Positions 7,616 through 16,472 of a stretch of DNA of 64,000 nucleotides are shown in pieces (position 1 is the first letter of the stretch; every line of letters begins with the position of its first letter). The position numbers were made by a program, and so were the translations under genes. The DNA comes from a virus, in the IMG/VR virus record IMGVR_UViG_3300042892_004016, positions 1-64,000 of that record. One strand, written 5' to 3'. The notes below the pieces were generated by a model. It ran no database searches. It had not been told where the DNA came from and was given only the letters and a program-made list of their open reading frames with translations.

Positions 7616-7903
7616 TTAATCTTTAAAAATACCAGGTGGGTACTTGATTATCATGTTATCCGCCCAATGTATTACAATAAAGTTTTCCTCTTGCTTGATT
7701 ACTGTCCAGCAACCATTAAAGATTATTTTACCGTCTTCCGTTGCCCAAGACTTGTATTCAAATACTTCTGAAATATGTGAATCGGTGCATGGGTCTGATG
7801 AGATAACTATGCTACCATTGGATTCATTTTCGGCTTTCAGTTCTTTTGCCATGACAACAGATGATGCTAGTAATAGCAGTATCGCAGTTATTTTGCTAAA
7901 CAT
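7616..7903 (-). CDS. Small secreted/periplasmic protein
   Basis: Better start at ATG 7903 (MFSKITAILLLLASSVVMA signal peptide), directly after the stop of the upstream small ORF; C...GCW motif. Confidence 0.6.
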   Translation of the reverse strand: MFSKITAILLLLASSVVMAKELKAENESNGSIVISSDPCTDSHISEVFEYKSWATEDGKIIFNGCWTVIKQEENFIVIHWADNMIIKYPPGIFKD

Positions 7904-7905
7904 GA

Positions 7906-8064
7906 TTATTCCGTTTCTTTTAGAACACATCTGGCTACAATATCACTTCTGTTTTTTACGATTGCAGTTGCTGCTGCCCAACAATCTTCAAACTGGGGAT
8001 AAGATTTTAATTCTTGTTCAACGTCCTGAGACAATATTATTACAAACAACACGTATACAGACAT
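7906..8064 (-). CDS. Small two-Cys membrane-anchored protein (52 aa)
   Basis: Manual translation MSVYVLFVIILSQDVEQELKSYPQFEDCWAAATAIVKNRSDIVARCVLKETE with a GGAG RBS; paralog of 8085-8252. Confidence 0.65.
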   Translation of the reverse strand: MSVYVLFVIILSQDVEQELKSYPQFEDCWAAATAIVKNRSDIVARCVLKETE

Positions 8065-8084
8065 GATCAATTCTCCATAGAAAT

Positions 8085-8252
8085 TTATTCTACTACTCTT
8101 TTTTCACATCTGGCTTGAATCGTTTTTTCTCTGTGCCGTGTGATGGTCCTAACCACTTCTAAACATTCTTTTTGCGTATTGTATGATTTCCATTCTCGCT
8201 CTACCCCATCGCCTGATACGATAACTATGAGAACAAATACAATAGATTCCAT
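8085..8252 (-). CDS. Small two-Cys membrane-anchored protein (55 aa)
   Basis: Manual translation MESIVFVLIVIVSGDGVEREWKSYNTQKECLEVVRTITRHREKTIQARCEKRVVE with an AAGGA RBS. Confidence 0.65.
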   Translation of the reverse strand: MESIVFVLIVIVSGDGVEREWKSYNTQKECLEVVRTITRHREKTIQARCEKRVVE

Positions 8253-8266
8253 ACGCCGTCCTTTGT

Positions 8267-8374
8267 TTAGTTTGGAGCTTCCTTATATACTAGCCAAAAT
8301 GCTACCAGTAAGGAAACAATGAGCAGTACTCCCAAAAGAAACCCCACAATAAAATAAATCTGCTCTGGATTCAT
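8267..8374 (-). CDS. Single-pass membrane micro-protein (35 aa)
   Basis: Manual translation MNPEQIYFIVGFLLGVLLIVSLLVAFWLVYKEAPN; fills the gap between co-oriented genes. Confidence 0.5.
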   Translation of the reverse strand: MNPEQIYFIVGFLLGVLLIVSLLVAFWLVYKEAPN

Positions 8375-8390
8375 TATATGTTTACGCTGA

Positions 8391-11300
8391 CTATTCTGGT
8401 AACGGTTCTAATGGTACCGTTAAATCGTCCACGTAAGGCACTTCAAATTGCATCAAGTATTTTTGTTCTCTCGTAAATCCGTTGTAGTCAGTGGCTACTA
8501 TAACAAATTCAAACACGCCTGCATCCAGTGGCGTACCTGAAATCGTGCCAGTGGATCCTGAACTGGCGATGTTTAATCCAGTGGGTAGCTGAGATCCTGC
8601 TTTAACTGTAAAGCTGTATGGCGCGGTACCACCAGTGGCCATTATAGTGGCTGAGTAACTGTAACCAGTTGATCCTGGTTGTAGTCTGGTTGGGTAACTC
8701 AATGTTATGACTGGATTGTTAATGGTAATAGAGTAATTTTTAGTAGCTTTGTTGTAGTTACTGTCAATTACATCAATTGCAAAACTGGTTTCTGTTCCAA
8801 ATTGGTCTGCTACATCTGGAGTACCTGTAATTACTGCCGAATCACTAGTGATGGGCACTATACTGAGTCCACGTGGCAACTGGGTGCCCATGGCCATTAC
8901 AAATACGTAAGGGGCTACCCCGCCTGAAGCAGAGACTGTTTCAGAAGTGTATGCAGTTTTGGCAATGCCTGAGCTGAGTACCAGTCTTGTGGGTCGTACT
9001 GAAATATCCACTGCAGTAACTGAGATGTTTATTGTTTGAGTCACTGAGAATCCATAACTGTCTACTGCAGTGATTGGGAAATCGTAACCACCCAGTATAG
9101 TAGGAGTTCCCTCTATATCTATTGTGGTATCAGTGGCGTTGGTCAACTGCATTCCATTTGGAAAAGCAGTGGCTGCTGGTAAGATAAAGTTATAGGGACC
9201 AATGCCGCCGCTGGCTGTGATAGTTTGCGTTGCGTAAGACTGATTTACTTTTGCGGCAGACAATCTTACTGGCGACAATGTTAACTTGGGTGCTTGCACA
9301 TTAATCTGATAACCTTGTGTGCCACTATATCCATAGTTGTCAGTGGCGCTAATCGTGAATATGAATGGAGACAGTGCAGTTGTAGTGGGTGTGCCAGTTA
9401 ATACACCAGTGGCATTTAATACCACTCCTGCAGGCAATTCACCGGTTGCTATTGAGTATTGATATGGCGCCGTTCCACCACTGGCAGTCAATTGCATACT
9501 GTATGGTATTGCAAAAGTAACAGTGGGTAATGTTATAGTGGGCTTGATTATATTACTGGGCCCAAGTATTATAGTGGGAGCGATTACGGTTATTGCCACT
9601 TTATTGGTAGTACGATGTCCAGTGCTGCTTGTAGCAGTCAATAAAATATAGCTGGTGCCCACACTGGTTGCAGCGTAAGTGTATCCTTCACCGTCCAACT
9701 GGGTACTACTAATGCCAAGTCCTTCTGCGGTAACAGCAGCCGCATCGGTTGATGTCCAAGTGAACAGTGTTTGTTCACCAACAGCAATAGTCTGCTTCAA
9801 CAGATTGCCAGTAATAGTGGGTATTATGGGAGTGGGTGCAACCACTAGAACTTCACAATTGGTGTTTGTGCTATGCCCAGTTTTACTGTAGGCAGTGATC
9901 ACCACTGACTGCTTGCCAGCAGTGATAGTGGGAGTTATGCTGACTGATCCATTCAATTGAGTACTGGCATGCGCCCCAGATACTCTTACTGAACTGGCAT
10001 CATATGTCATCCAAGCTAGAGTAGTAGATTCTCCTGAAATAATTGTAGGTGGATTAAAACCAGCCGTAATTACTGGAGTAACGGGGGCGGCTTCTATTAT
10101 ATTAATATCAATCGTTTTAGTTACTGATTCATTGGTTGAGCTAGTGGCAGTAACATAGACTGATTGAGTTCCCAACAGTGCGGGAACTACTATAGTTCCT
10201 GATCCAGTTAATTCGTCGCTAGTAATCAACCCACTTACTGCAACTGTTAGTGCATCGGTAGTCTGCCAAGTAAAGGTAACTGATTGTCCAGCCGAAACAG
10301 AATATTTGTCTGCCGAGCATATAACTGTTGGCAACTTTGCCACTGTAAAATCCAACTGCATTGCGGCAGTGTCGGTAGATGCACTGGTTGCACTCAATAC
10401 TATCGGGTAGCTGACTCCAGGAGTATCGGGTGCAACAATTAATGCAGTACCTGATAGTGCTGTCTGGTGCCATGCGAGTGCATCGTTATCCATTGTCAAG
10501 CTGACTGCATCCTGTACATCCCACATTACAACAACTGATTGCCCTGGCACTATGTTGCTGCTGGGGTTCAATGTAGCAGTAATTTTAGGTATTATTACTG
10601 GCTGAGATATTATTTCCAACTGTAACTGCTTGGTAACTTTATCTCCAGTGTAGCTAGTTGCTGTCAAATAGACTGCATATGTACCTGGTATCGTGGGTGC
10701 AGTGACTTTGGCTGATCCCGATAATTCACTGGAGTTAATGTTCAGATCAGCGCTGGTTACTGTAACTCTGACTGCATGTTCAGTAGTCCAGGTTAGGGTA
10801 CATGATTTTTTTGCATTAAGTTTGGCGGCCGAAAACTCAGCACTGGTAAAAATTGGCACGACTGTCCCAACTTCTGGTAAAGATAATCTAAGTGGAGCAA
10901 CTACAGTAGTTGTGCCACCTGGTCCGGTTGCTGTTATTGTTTCGTTGAACGTTGGATCATTGACCGTAGTGTCAGTGAGCTTGTAAAACCCATCAGTGTA
11001 TTGTTTGGAGCCTGACCCTGCATATTGCTGCGCGCCTGTGGATCCAAGGGTAACATGAGTTGCGTTGGTTGTAGTCCAACTCAGTGTGCTGGTTTCAGTT
11101 ACCATTGTTGGATTGGGATTCCATGCACTAAACACAGCTGGTGCCGGATAAGCAATATCTAAGTCAGTTACAACTGTTCCTTCAATTGTAGGAGTGCCCC
11201 AAGTGAGTTGTGAATTTATTTCAGTGGGTGCCAATAATGTCATCGTGGCTGTTGTGCCAGGCAATGCGTATCCGCCTTCTACAAGCACCGACTCGGGTAC

Positions 11301-12134
11301 TTGGGTCAACGTGGTTGTTACAGTGATAATATTACCAGCATCATTGCTTGATCCTCTGGTACCATTGGATTTAACAGATACTGTTACATTACTCTGTAGA
11401 TAATCTAAGTTACCCACTGTGGCGAATTGTTTAAATACCTCAATATCATTTACTGTTAGCGCATAGTAACCTTCGGTGGCTAGTGTAGTCGCTGATCCTG
11501 ACCCATTAAGTTTACTGATCCCGTTGTACTTTACACCAGCTATTGTTATTGGTGTTGACTCATTGGGTGCGCTTATGTATATTCTACCGCATGCTTGTGC
11601 TAAATTACTCCACAGTGCATTAACTCCTGCTGCTGTTGGATGAGCAAGATCAATTGCCAGTTGTCCACCAGTGTTAAAGAAGTATCTGGCAGCATCACCT
11701 GATTCAAATGTAACTACATGGGTGAATACCAGATTATAATACCACAGCTTGCTGTTAGTAACAGTTTCAGCAACCGGATCCTGCTGTGTTGCTGCATTAA
11801 ATCTATTTGCGCTTAACAACGCTATGTTGTTTGCAATTACCGTCTTGTATGATAAAGTAGAGTCTAATCCAGTTAATCCACTGGGTGTTCCAGTTGCCGG
11901 ATCAACTTGAATTTGAGTAATGGCTGTGGCTTGATGTTGTGCGATATAATTTATCGTAGCAATTATATCAGCAAACGTGTTGGGCGATATGTCAGCTCCT
12001 GCAGTTACTGTAGATAATGTGGGTAATCTATATGATTGCAGTAAAAAATTCAATGAGTTTACTGGAGGGTTGGGTAACGCTCCAATGAACCCGTTGATAT
12101 CTGCTGCTGTTATAATATTAGTTGTATCGGCCAT
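8391..12134 (-). CDS. Virion fibre/structural protein with tandem Ig-like domains
   Basis: The N-terminal domain (F.SGDAARYFFN.GGQ) is shared with 16469-18499. It continues with repeated ~85-aa TL.WTT..A units and C-terminal He_PIG-like repeats (ASGGTAPY...LPAG..L...G.L.GTPT). Confidence 0.75.
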   Translation of the reverse strand: MADTTNIITAADINGFIGALPNPPVNSLNFLLQSYRLPTLSTVTAGADISPNTFADIIATINYIAQHQATAITQIQVDPATGTPSGLTGLDSTLSYKTVIANNIALLSANRFNAATQQDPVAETVTNSKLWYYNLVFTHVVTFESGDAARYFFNTGGQLAIDLAHPTAAGVNALWSNLAQACGRIYISAPNESTPITIAGVKYNGISKLNGSGSATTLATEGYYALTVNDIEVFKQFATVGNLDYLQSNVTVSVKSNGTRGSSNDAGNIITVTTTLTQVPESVLVEGGYALPGTTATMTLLAPTEINSQLTWGTPTIEGTVVTDLDIAYPAPAVFSAWNPNPTMVTETSTLSWTTTNATHVTLGSTGAQQYAGSGSKQYTDGFYKLTDTTVNDPTFNETITATGPGGTTTVVAPLRLSLPEVGTVVPIFTSAEFSAAKLNAKKSCTLTWTTEHAVRVTVTSADLNINSSELSGSAKVTAPTIPGTYAVYLTATSYTGDKVTKQLQLEIISQPVIIPKITATLNPSSNIVPGQSVVVMWDVQDAVSLTMDNDALAWHQTALSGTALIVAPDTPGVSYPIVLSATSASTDTAAMQLDFTVAKLPTVICSADKYSVSAGQSVTFTWQTTDALTVAVSGLITSDELTGSGTIVVPALLGTQSVYVTATSSTNESVTKTIDINIIEAAPVTPVITAGFNPPTIISGESTTLAWMTYDASSVRVSGAHASTQLNGSVSITPTITAGKQSVVITAYSKTGHSTNTNCEVLVVAPTPIIPTITGNLLKQTIAVGEQTLFTWTSTDAAAVTAEGLGISSTQLDGEGYTYAATSVGTSYILLTATSSTGHRTTNKVAITVIAPTIILGPSNIIKPTITLPTVTFAIPYSMQLTASGGTAPYQYSIATGELPAGVVLNATGVLTGTPTTTALSPFIFTISATDNYGYSGTQGYQINVQAPKLTLSPVRLSAAKVNQSYATQTITASGGIGPYNFILPAATAFPNGMQLTNATDTTIDIEGTPTILGGYDFPITAVDSYGFSVTQTINISVTAVDISVRPTRLVLSSGIAKTAYTSETVSASGGVAPYVFVMAMGTQLPRGLSIVPITSDSAVITGTPDVADQFGTETSFAIDVIDSNYNKATKNYSITINNPVITLSYPTRLQPGSTGYSYSATIMATGGTAPYSFTVKAGSQLPTGLNIASSGSTGTISGTPLDAGVFEFVIVATDYNGFTREQKYLMQFEVPYVDDLTVPLEPLPE

Positions 12135-12158
12135 GTTCTATTCTTTAATTAAACAGCA

Positions 12159-15100
12159 TTAGTTTGGTCTATCGTAAAAATCACCATATCCGGTACCAGG
12201 GTTATAGGTTTTTGACGCAGTTTTTGAATTCGTCAGATCAGTGCCGCCGGCTGCAGCAAAGAAATCAGACAAGAATGCTGATCCAGAATAATTACCGGCA
12301 TAGGTAGTGACACATTTGTTTGTCCAAAATACTAATCCGCCGTAGTCTGGGGCGCGGCCTAAACCGTATCTGGTGCCCAATGCTGTAGTATATGCAGTGG
12401 CTATGCCTTTGTATAGGTTATTTGCAATCCATGTGGCAGTAGTTAATTTAGCTGATGTGTACAATGACTCTTGTGGGAAGCCAGCAGTCAATAGGTAAGG
12501 GCTGTATTTTGTATTGGCTGCGTAAGCTACTGATCCACTATAATTTGTGTACCCTGATTTACTCAATGTCAGCGTAGCGGTGCCTGCACTATTAGTTCCC
12601 TTTAAGCATATAGTCAACGAGTTGCTGCCAATTGTTCCAGTAAGTGGGCTGCCAGTGGTAGTATCTACTGTGCCTGTACTCAGTGTTACTGTGTAATTTT
12701 GTGTTCCAGCGGTGGCGTCACCTGTGATAACGATCTGTCGCTGCTGCTTGGATGAGAGTGCCGCTGGAGAAGTTATTGATCCTTTAAGTGCTGCTGCAGC
12801 AACCACCACAAGATCAGTGTGTCTTGGTAATTTACCATCTGATCCTGCCTGTAATTTGTGGCCAGTTGAGCTTGTTGCATCCATATAAGCAGAATATGTG
12901 CCTGGTGTAGTAGGTACTGTAATTGTGGCTGACCCAGATACTGCACTTGAAGTTACTAGTCCACTGATTGACGCGCTCACCGCATTATCTATTTTCCAAG
13001 TTAATGTATTTTGCTGACCGGGAGTAACTGAATACTGACTCCAATAAGTACCAGCCTCATTTACCGTAGGATATATTGGGGTAACTGTGTTAACTGTGAC
13101 TGCAAATGTACCAGTAGTTGTAGTACTAGTTGAGCTGGTTGCTGTATAGTTTACTGTTTTTGTTCCAGTGGTAGTTGGCGTAATCGCGCTAGATCCATTT
13201 AACTGACTACTGGTTACTGCGCCAGATAATGCAAGGGTAGTTGCATTGGTTGATGACCAAGTTAGTGTAGTAGTTTGTCCCAGTGTGATTGATAGGGGAC
13301 TAAACGATCCGTTGACCACCGGAGTTATCAGAGCCGCTGCAGCAACCGATACAGTAAAGCTACCTGTTATTACAGTGCCAGTGTTACTAGTTGCTGTGTA
13401 ATTTACTGTTTTTGTTCCAATAGTAGTTGGTGTAATAGAACTTGTTCCATTTAGCTGGCTACTAGTAACGTTGCCAGTAAGAGTTAATCTGGTGGCGTTA
13501 GTAGACGACCAAGTAAGTGTCGTAGTCTGTCCCAATGTAATGGATGCTGGACTGAATGATCCACTAACAGTAGGAGTAATTGGTGGCGCAGTAATTGCAA
13601 TAAGGTCAAATTGACCAGTCAGCGCCGTATTAGTTGAGCTGATTGCAGTATAATTCACAGTAGATGTGCCTGCTGCAGCTGGAGTGACCGTAGTCGTGCC
13701 ATTTAGAGCAGTGCTGGAAACTGCTCCACTTAATAATAAATTGGTTGCATTCGTGGATGACCACGTGAATGTGCTGGATTGTCCCGCAGTAACACTAGCT
13801 GGACTAAATGATCCAGTAACAATGGGAGTAACAGGAACAACGGCTGCATTTACCTGAAGTGTAAACGTTCCTGATGTTGCGGGGTTGCCGGGACTGGTTG
13901 CAGTGTAACTAATCGTTTGCGTACCTGTCATTGAGGGTGTTATAGTTCTTGCGCCATTGAGTAAATTACTGTTAACCAATCCAGAGATTGTCAATGCAGT
14001 AGCATTAGTTGAACTCCAAGCAAACGTAGTAGCTTCTCCCAGCGTAATAGATGTGGGGCTAAATGATCCTGTTACTGTTGGCGGCTCAGCGGCAGCTACT
14101 GATAAATTAAACGTGGGGTTAATAAAATCGCCCGTACTACTGAACACACGGAAACCGATAGATTGAGTACCTGTTGCACTGGGAGTGACATTAACAGAAC
14201 CACTCGTTGAAACGTTGGTTATCGCGTCGGCCAGCTGGTATTGCACCAAAATAGCATTAGTTGACGACCAGGTAAAGGTGCTTGATTGTCCCAGTATAAC
14301 GCTGGTGGGGTTAAAAGATCCTGTCAGGGTTGGAATAATTGGGGTTACTGCCACTACCTCGTACACCCACGTTCCACTAACTGTATCATTGGTCGTGCTT
14401 GTTGCTCTATAGTTTACTGTTCTTTTTCCCAAGGCTGCCGGGGCGGTCACTGTTGCTGTTCCGTTTAACTCACTGCTGGTTGCATCGCCTGTCACAGACA
14501 TGAGGTTGGTGTTGGTTGTGTTCCAAGTTAGTGTAGTTAGCTGACCAGGATTTACTGAGTAAGGACTAAATGATCCATTTACAGTTGGCACAATAGGCGC
14601 TGCTTTTACGGTGAAACTGGCCGCCGCGGATGCGGTGGTTCCTGTTACACTTGTTGCGGTCACTGTAACAGAATATGATTTGATTGATGCTGGTGCAACA
14701 ACTGAATAGGTTCCGGTTAGTGCGCCGAAACTAAGATTTAAACTTAAGTCAGTGCTGACTATAGAAATTGTGATTGCATTAGTAGCAGTCCAAGAAAGAA
14801 CATTAACTTGACCAGGCGTGGCGGTAAGTGCGCTGAATGACGCACTGACAGTAGGAAATACAGCCAAAACTGTAAAGCTGGCAGTGGCTGTTCTGTTGTC
14901 TCCGCTAGAACTAGTGGCTATCATACTGATATTATATGTTCCTGGCACACTGGGGCTGGTAACATTTTTAGTGTAACTTGTTCCTGATACAACGGTGTAA
15001 GAGTCGTCGATTGACAATTCGGCACCTACTAGTCTAACTGAAACTGCATTACCGGGCACAAACGTCAGCACTGTTGTTTGATTTGGTGTGGGTTGAGGAA

Positions 15101-16472
15101 CACTAAATGACCCAGTTATGCTGGGGATAACAACTGCCAGTTGAATTGCAAGTGGAATAGTACCAGTGATCACGGTGTTAGTGGAACTAGTTGCAGTATA
15201 CGCCACCAGATGTGTTCTAATATCATTGGGTGTAGTAATTGTCAATGCGCCTGATGCCTGATTAGTATAAGTTTGATTTACCGATAATTCCGCATTGACT
15301 AAGGTGACTTTTACTAGATCAGTTCCAGACCAATTTAACACGCTGGTTTGTCCAGGATTCACGGTAGATGGAGTAAACGATCCAAAAAATGTTGGATTAA
15401 TATCAGCTGGCTTAGTTACAGTAAGAGTAAATGATTTAGTTACAGTATCCCCAGTGCTACTTGTTGCGGTTACGGTGACGTTGTAGGCTCCAGCAGAGGA
15501 TTGCGCAAGAGTAGCCTGTGTGCCGCCTGTCAGTTTGCTATTAATGCCCAACCCGCTTACCAGTATACTGGTTGCGTTAGTACTAGCCCAAGTGAATGCT
15601 GTTGTTTCTAATGTTGTTACACTGGATTTAGTGAACGATCCTGTTATGGTGGGAATTATTGGGGTAGCTGCTACCACATTTAATTTAAACGTGCCTGTAT
15701 ACGAGGAGGTGCCTGCTAAATTTTTAGCTGTCCAATTTACGGACTGTACTCCCAATGCAGGTGGGGCAGTTATTGCACTAGAGCCTGATAGTGCAGTACT
15801 ATTAATTCCCAAACCACTCAACACTAGAGAAGATGCATTAATTGAATTCCAAGTTAAGGTAGTGACTGTGCCTGGATTAACTGTATATGGGTTGAAGGAA
15901 CCGGTAACATTTGGTATACTGTCAATCGTGATGCTTATACTTTTTGTTGCAATATTTCCTGTGCTGCTAGTTGCAGTAACTACCAGAGTATATATATTAC
16001 CTGATATAGAGGGGGCAGTGACAGTAGCGGAACCAACCAATTGGGTTGAGTTTATGCCCAAGGCTGCACTAACTATAGTGGCGCTGGATGCGTCAGTGAT
16101 AGTCCAACTAAACTTAACAGATGCACCTGGTGCCACAGTTCCGCCTGGCACAGACGAGATAACGATAGATGGGATAATCGCTGTGGTGGACGACACTGTT
16201 ACAGAAATTATTTCAGTAGTAACCTCATTTGTTGAGCTGGTAGCATCCAGCGTGACCAAATACGTTCCCGGTGTTGATGGTGCCAATGCAACAGCTTGTC
16301 CATTAATCAACGAGCTAGTAAATAATCCAGTGATTTTCATTACTGCCACGTCAGTGGAAGTCCAATTTAATGTAATTGGTGTCCCAACTACTACTGCGGT
16401 TGAGGGAGAAACAGTGGCAGTGATAGTGGGAACTATCGCGCCTGTGGGTGGATTAATAATTAATGAGGTCAT
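12159..16472 (-). CDS. Long Thr/Ser-rich Ig-like repeat fibre protein with a C-terminal DUF4214-like module
   Basis: More than a dozen ~84-aa repeats of P.V.GSFSP.S...GQ.TTLTWSSTNAT; C-terminal GLGRAPDYGGLVFW. Confidence 0.75.
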   Translation of the reverse strand: MTSLIINPPTGAIVPTITATVSPSTAVVVGTPITLNWTSTDVAVMKITGLFTSSLINGQAVALAPSTPGTYLVTLDATSSTNEVTTEIISVTVSSTTAIIPSIVISSVPGGTVAPGASVKFSWTITDASSATIVSAALGINSTQLVGSATVTAPSISGNIYTLVVTATSSTGNIATKSISITIDSIPNVTGSFNPYTVNPGTVTTLTWNSINASSLVLSGLGINSTALSGSSAITAPPALGVQSVNWTAKNLAGTSSYTGTFKLNVVAATPIIPTITGSFTKSSVTTLETTAFTWASTNATSILVSGLGINSKLTGGTQATLAQSSAGAYNVTVTATSSTGDTVTKSFTLTVTKPADINPTFFGSFTPSTVNPGQTSVLNWSGTDLVKVTLVNAELSVNQTYTNQASGALTITTPNDIRTHLVAYTATSSTNTVITGTIPLAIQLAVVIPSITGSFSVPQPTPNQTTVLTFVPGNAVSVRLVGAELSIDDSYTVVSGTSYTKNVTSPSVPGTYNISMIATSSSGDNRTATASFTVLAVFPTVSASFSALTATPGQVNVLSWTATNAITISIVSTDLSLNLSFGALTGTYSVVAPASIKSYSVTVTATSVTGTTASAAASFTVKAAPIVPTVNGSFSPYSVNPGQLTTLTWNTTNTNLMSVTGDATSSELNGTATVTAPAALGKRTVNYRATSTTNDTVSGTWVYEVVAVTPIIPTLTGSFNPTSVILGQSSTFTWSSTNAILVQYQLADAITNVSTSGSVNVTPSATGTQSIGFRVFSSTGDFINPTFNLSVAAAEPPTVTGSFSPTSITLGEATTFAWSSTNATALTISGLVNSNLLNGARTITPSMTGTQTISYTATSPGNPATSGTFTLQVNAAVVPVTPIVTGSFSPASVTAGQSSTFTWSSTNATNLLLSGAVSSTALNGTTTVTPAAAGTSTVNYTAISSTNTALTGQFDLIAITAPPITPTVSGSFSPASITLGQTTTLTWSSTNATRLTLTGNVTSSQLNGTSSITPTTIGTKTVNYTATSNTGTVITGSFTVSVAAAALITPVVNGSFSPLSITLGQTTTLTWSSTNATTLALSGAVTSSQLNGSSAITPTTTGTKTVNYTATSSTSTTTTGTFAVTVNTVTPIYPTVNEAGTYWSQYSVTPGQQNTLTWKIDNAVSASISGLVTSSAVSGSATITVPTTPGTYSAYMDATSSTGHKLQAGSDGKLPRHTDLVVVAAAALKGSITSPAALSSKQQRQIVITGDATAGTQNYTVTLSTGTVDTTTGSPLTGTIGSNSLTICLKGTNSAGTATLTLSKSGYTNYSGSVAYAANTKYSPYLLTAGFPQESLYTSAKLTTATWIANNLYKGIATAYTTALGTRYGLGRAPDYGGLVFWTNKCVTTYAGNYSGSAFLSDFFAAAGGTDLTNSKTASKTYNPGTGYGDFYDRPN

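Noticed and set aside
13080-14420. Repeated DNA units as a CRISPR array or DGR template/variable repeats
   Set aside because: They are ~250-nt degenerate coding repeats of Ig-like domains, with no repeat-spacer structure, no adenine-specific mismatch pattern that I could see and no reverse transcriptase in the window.
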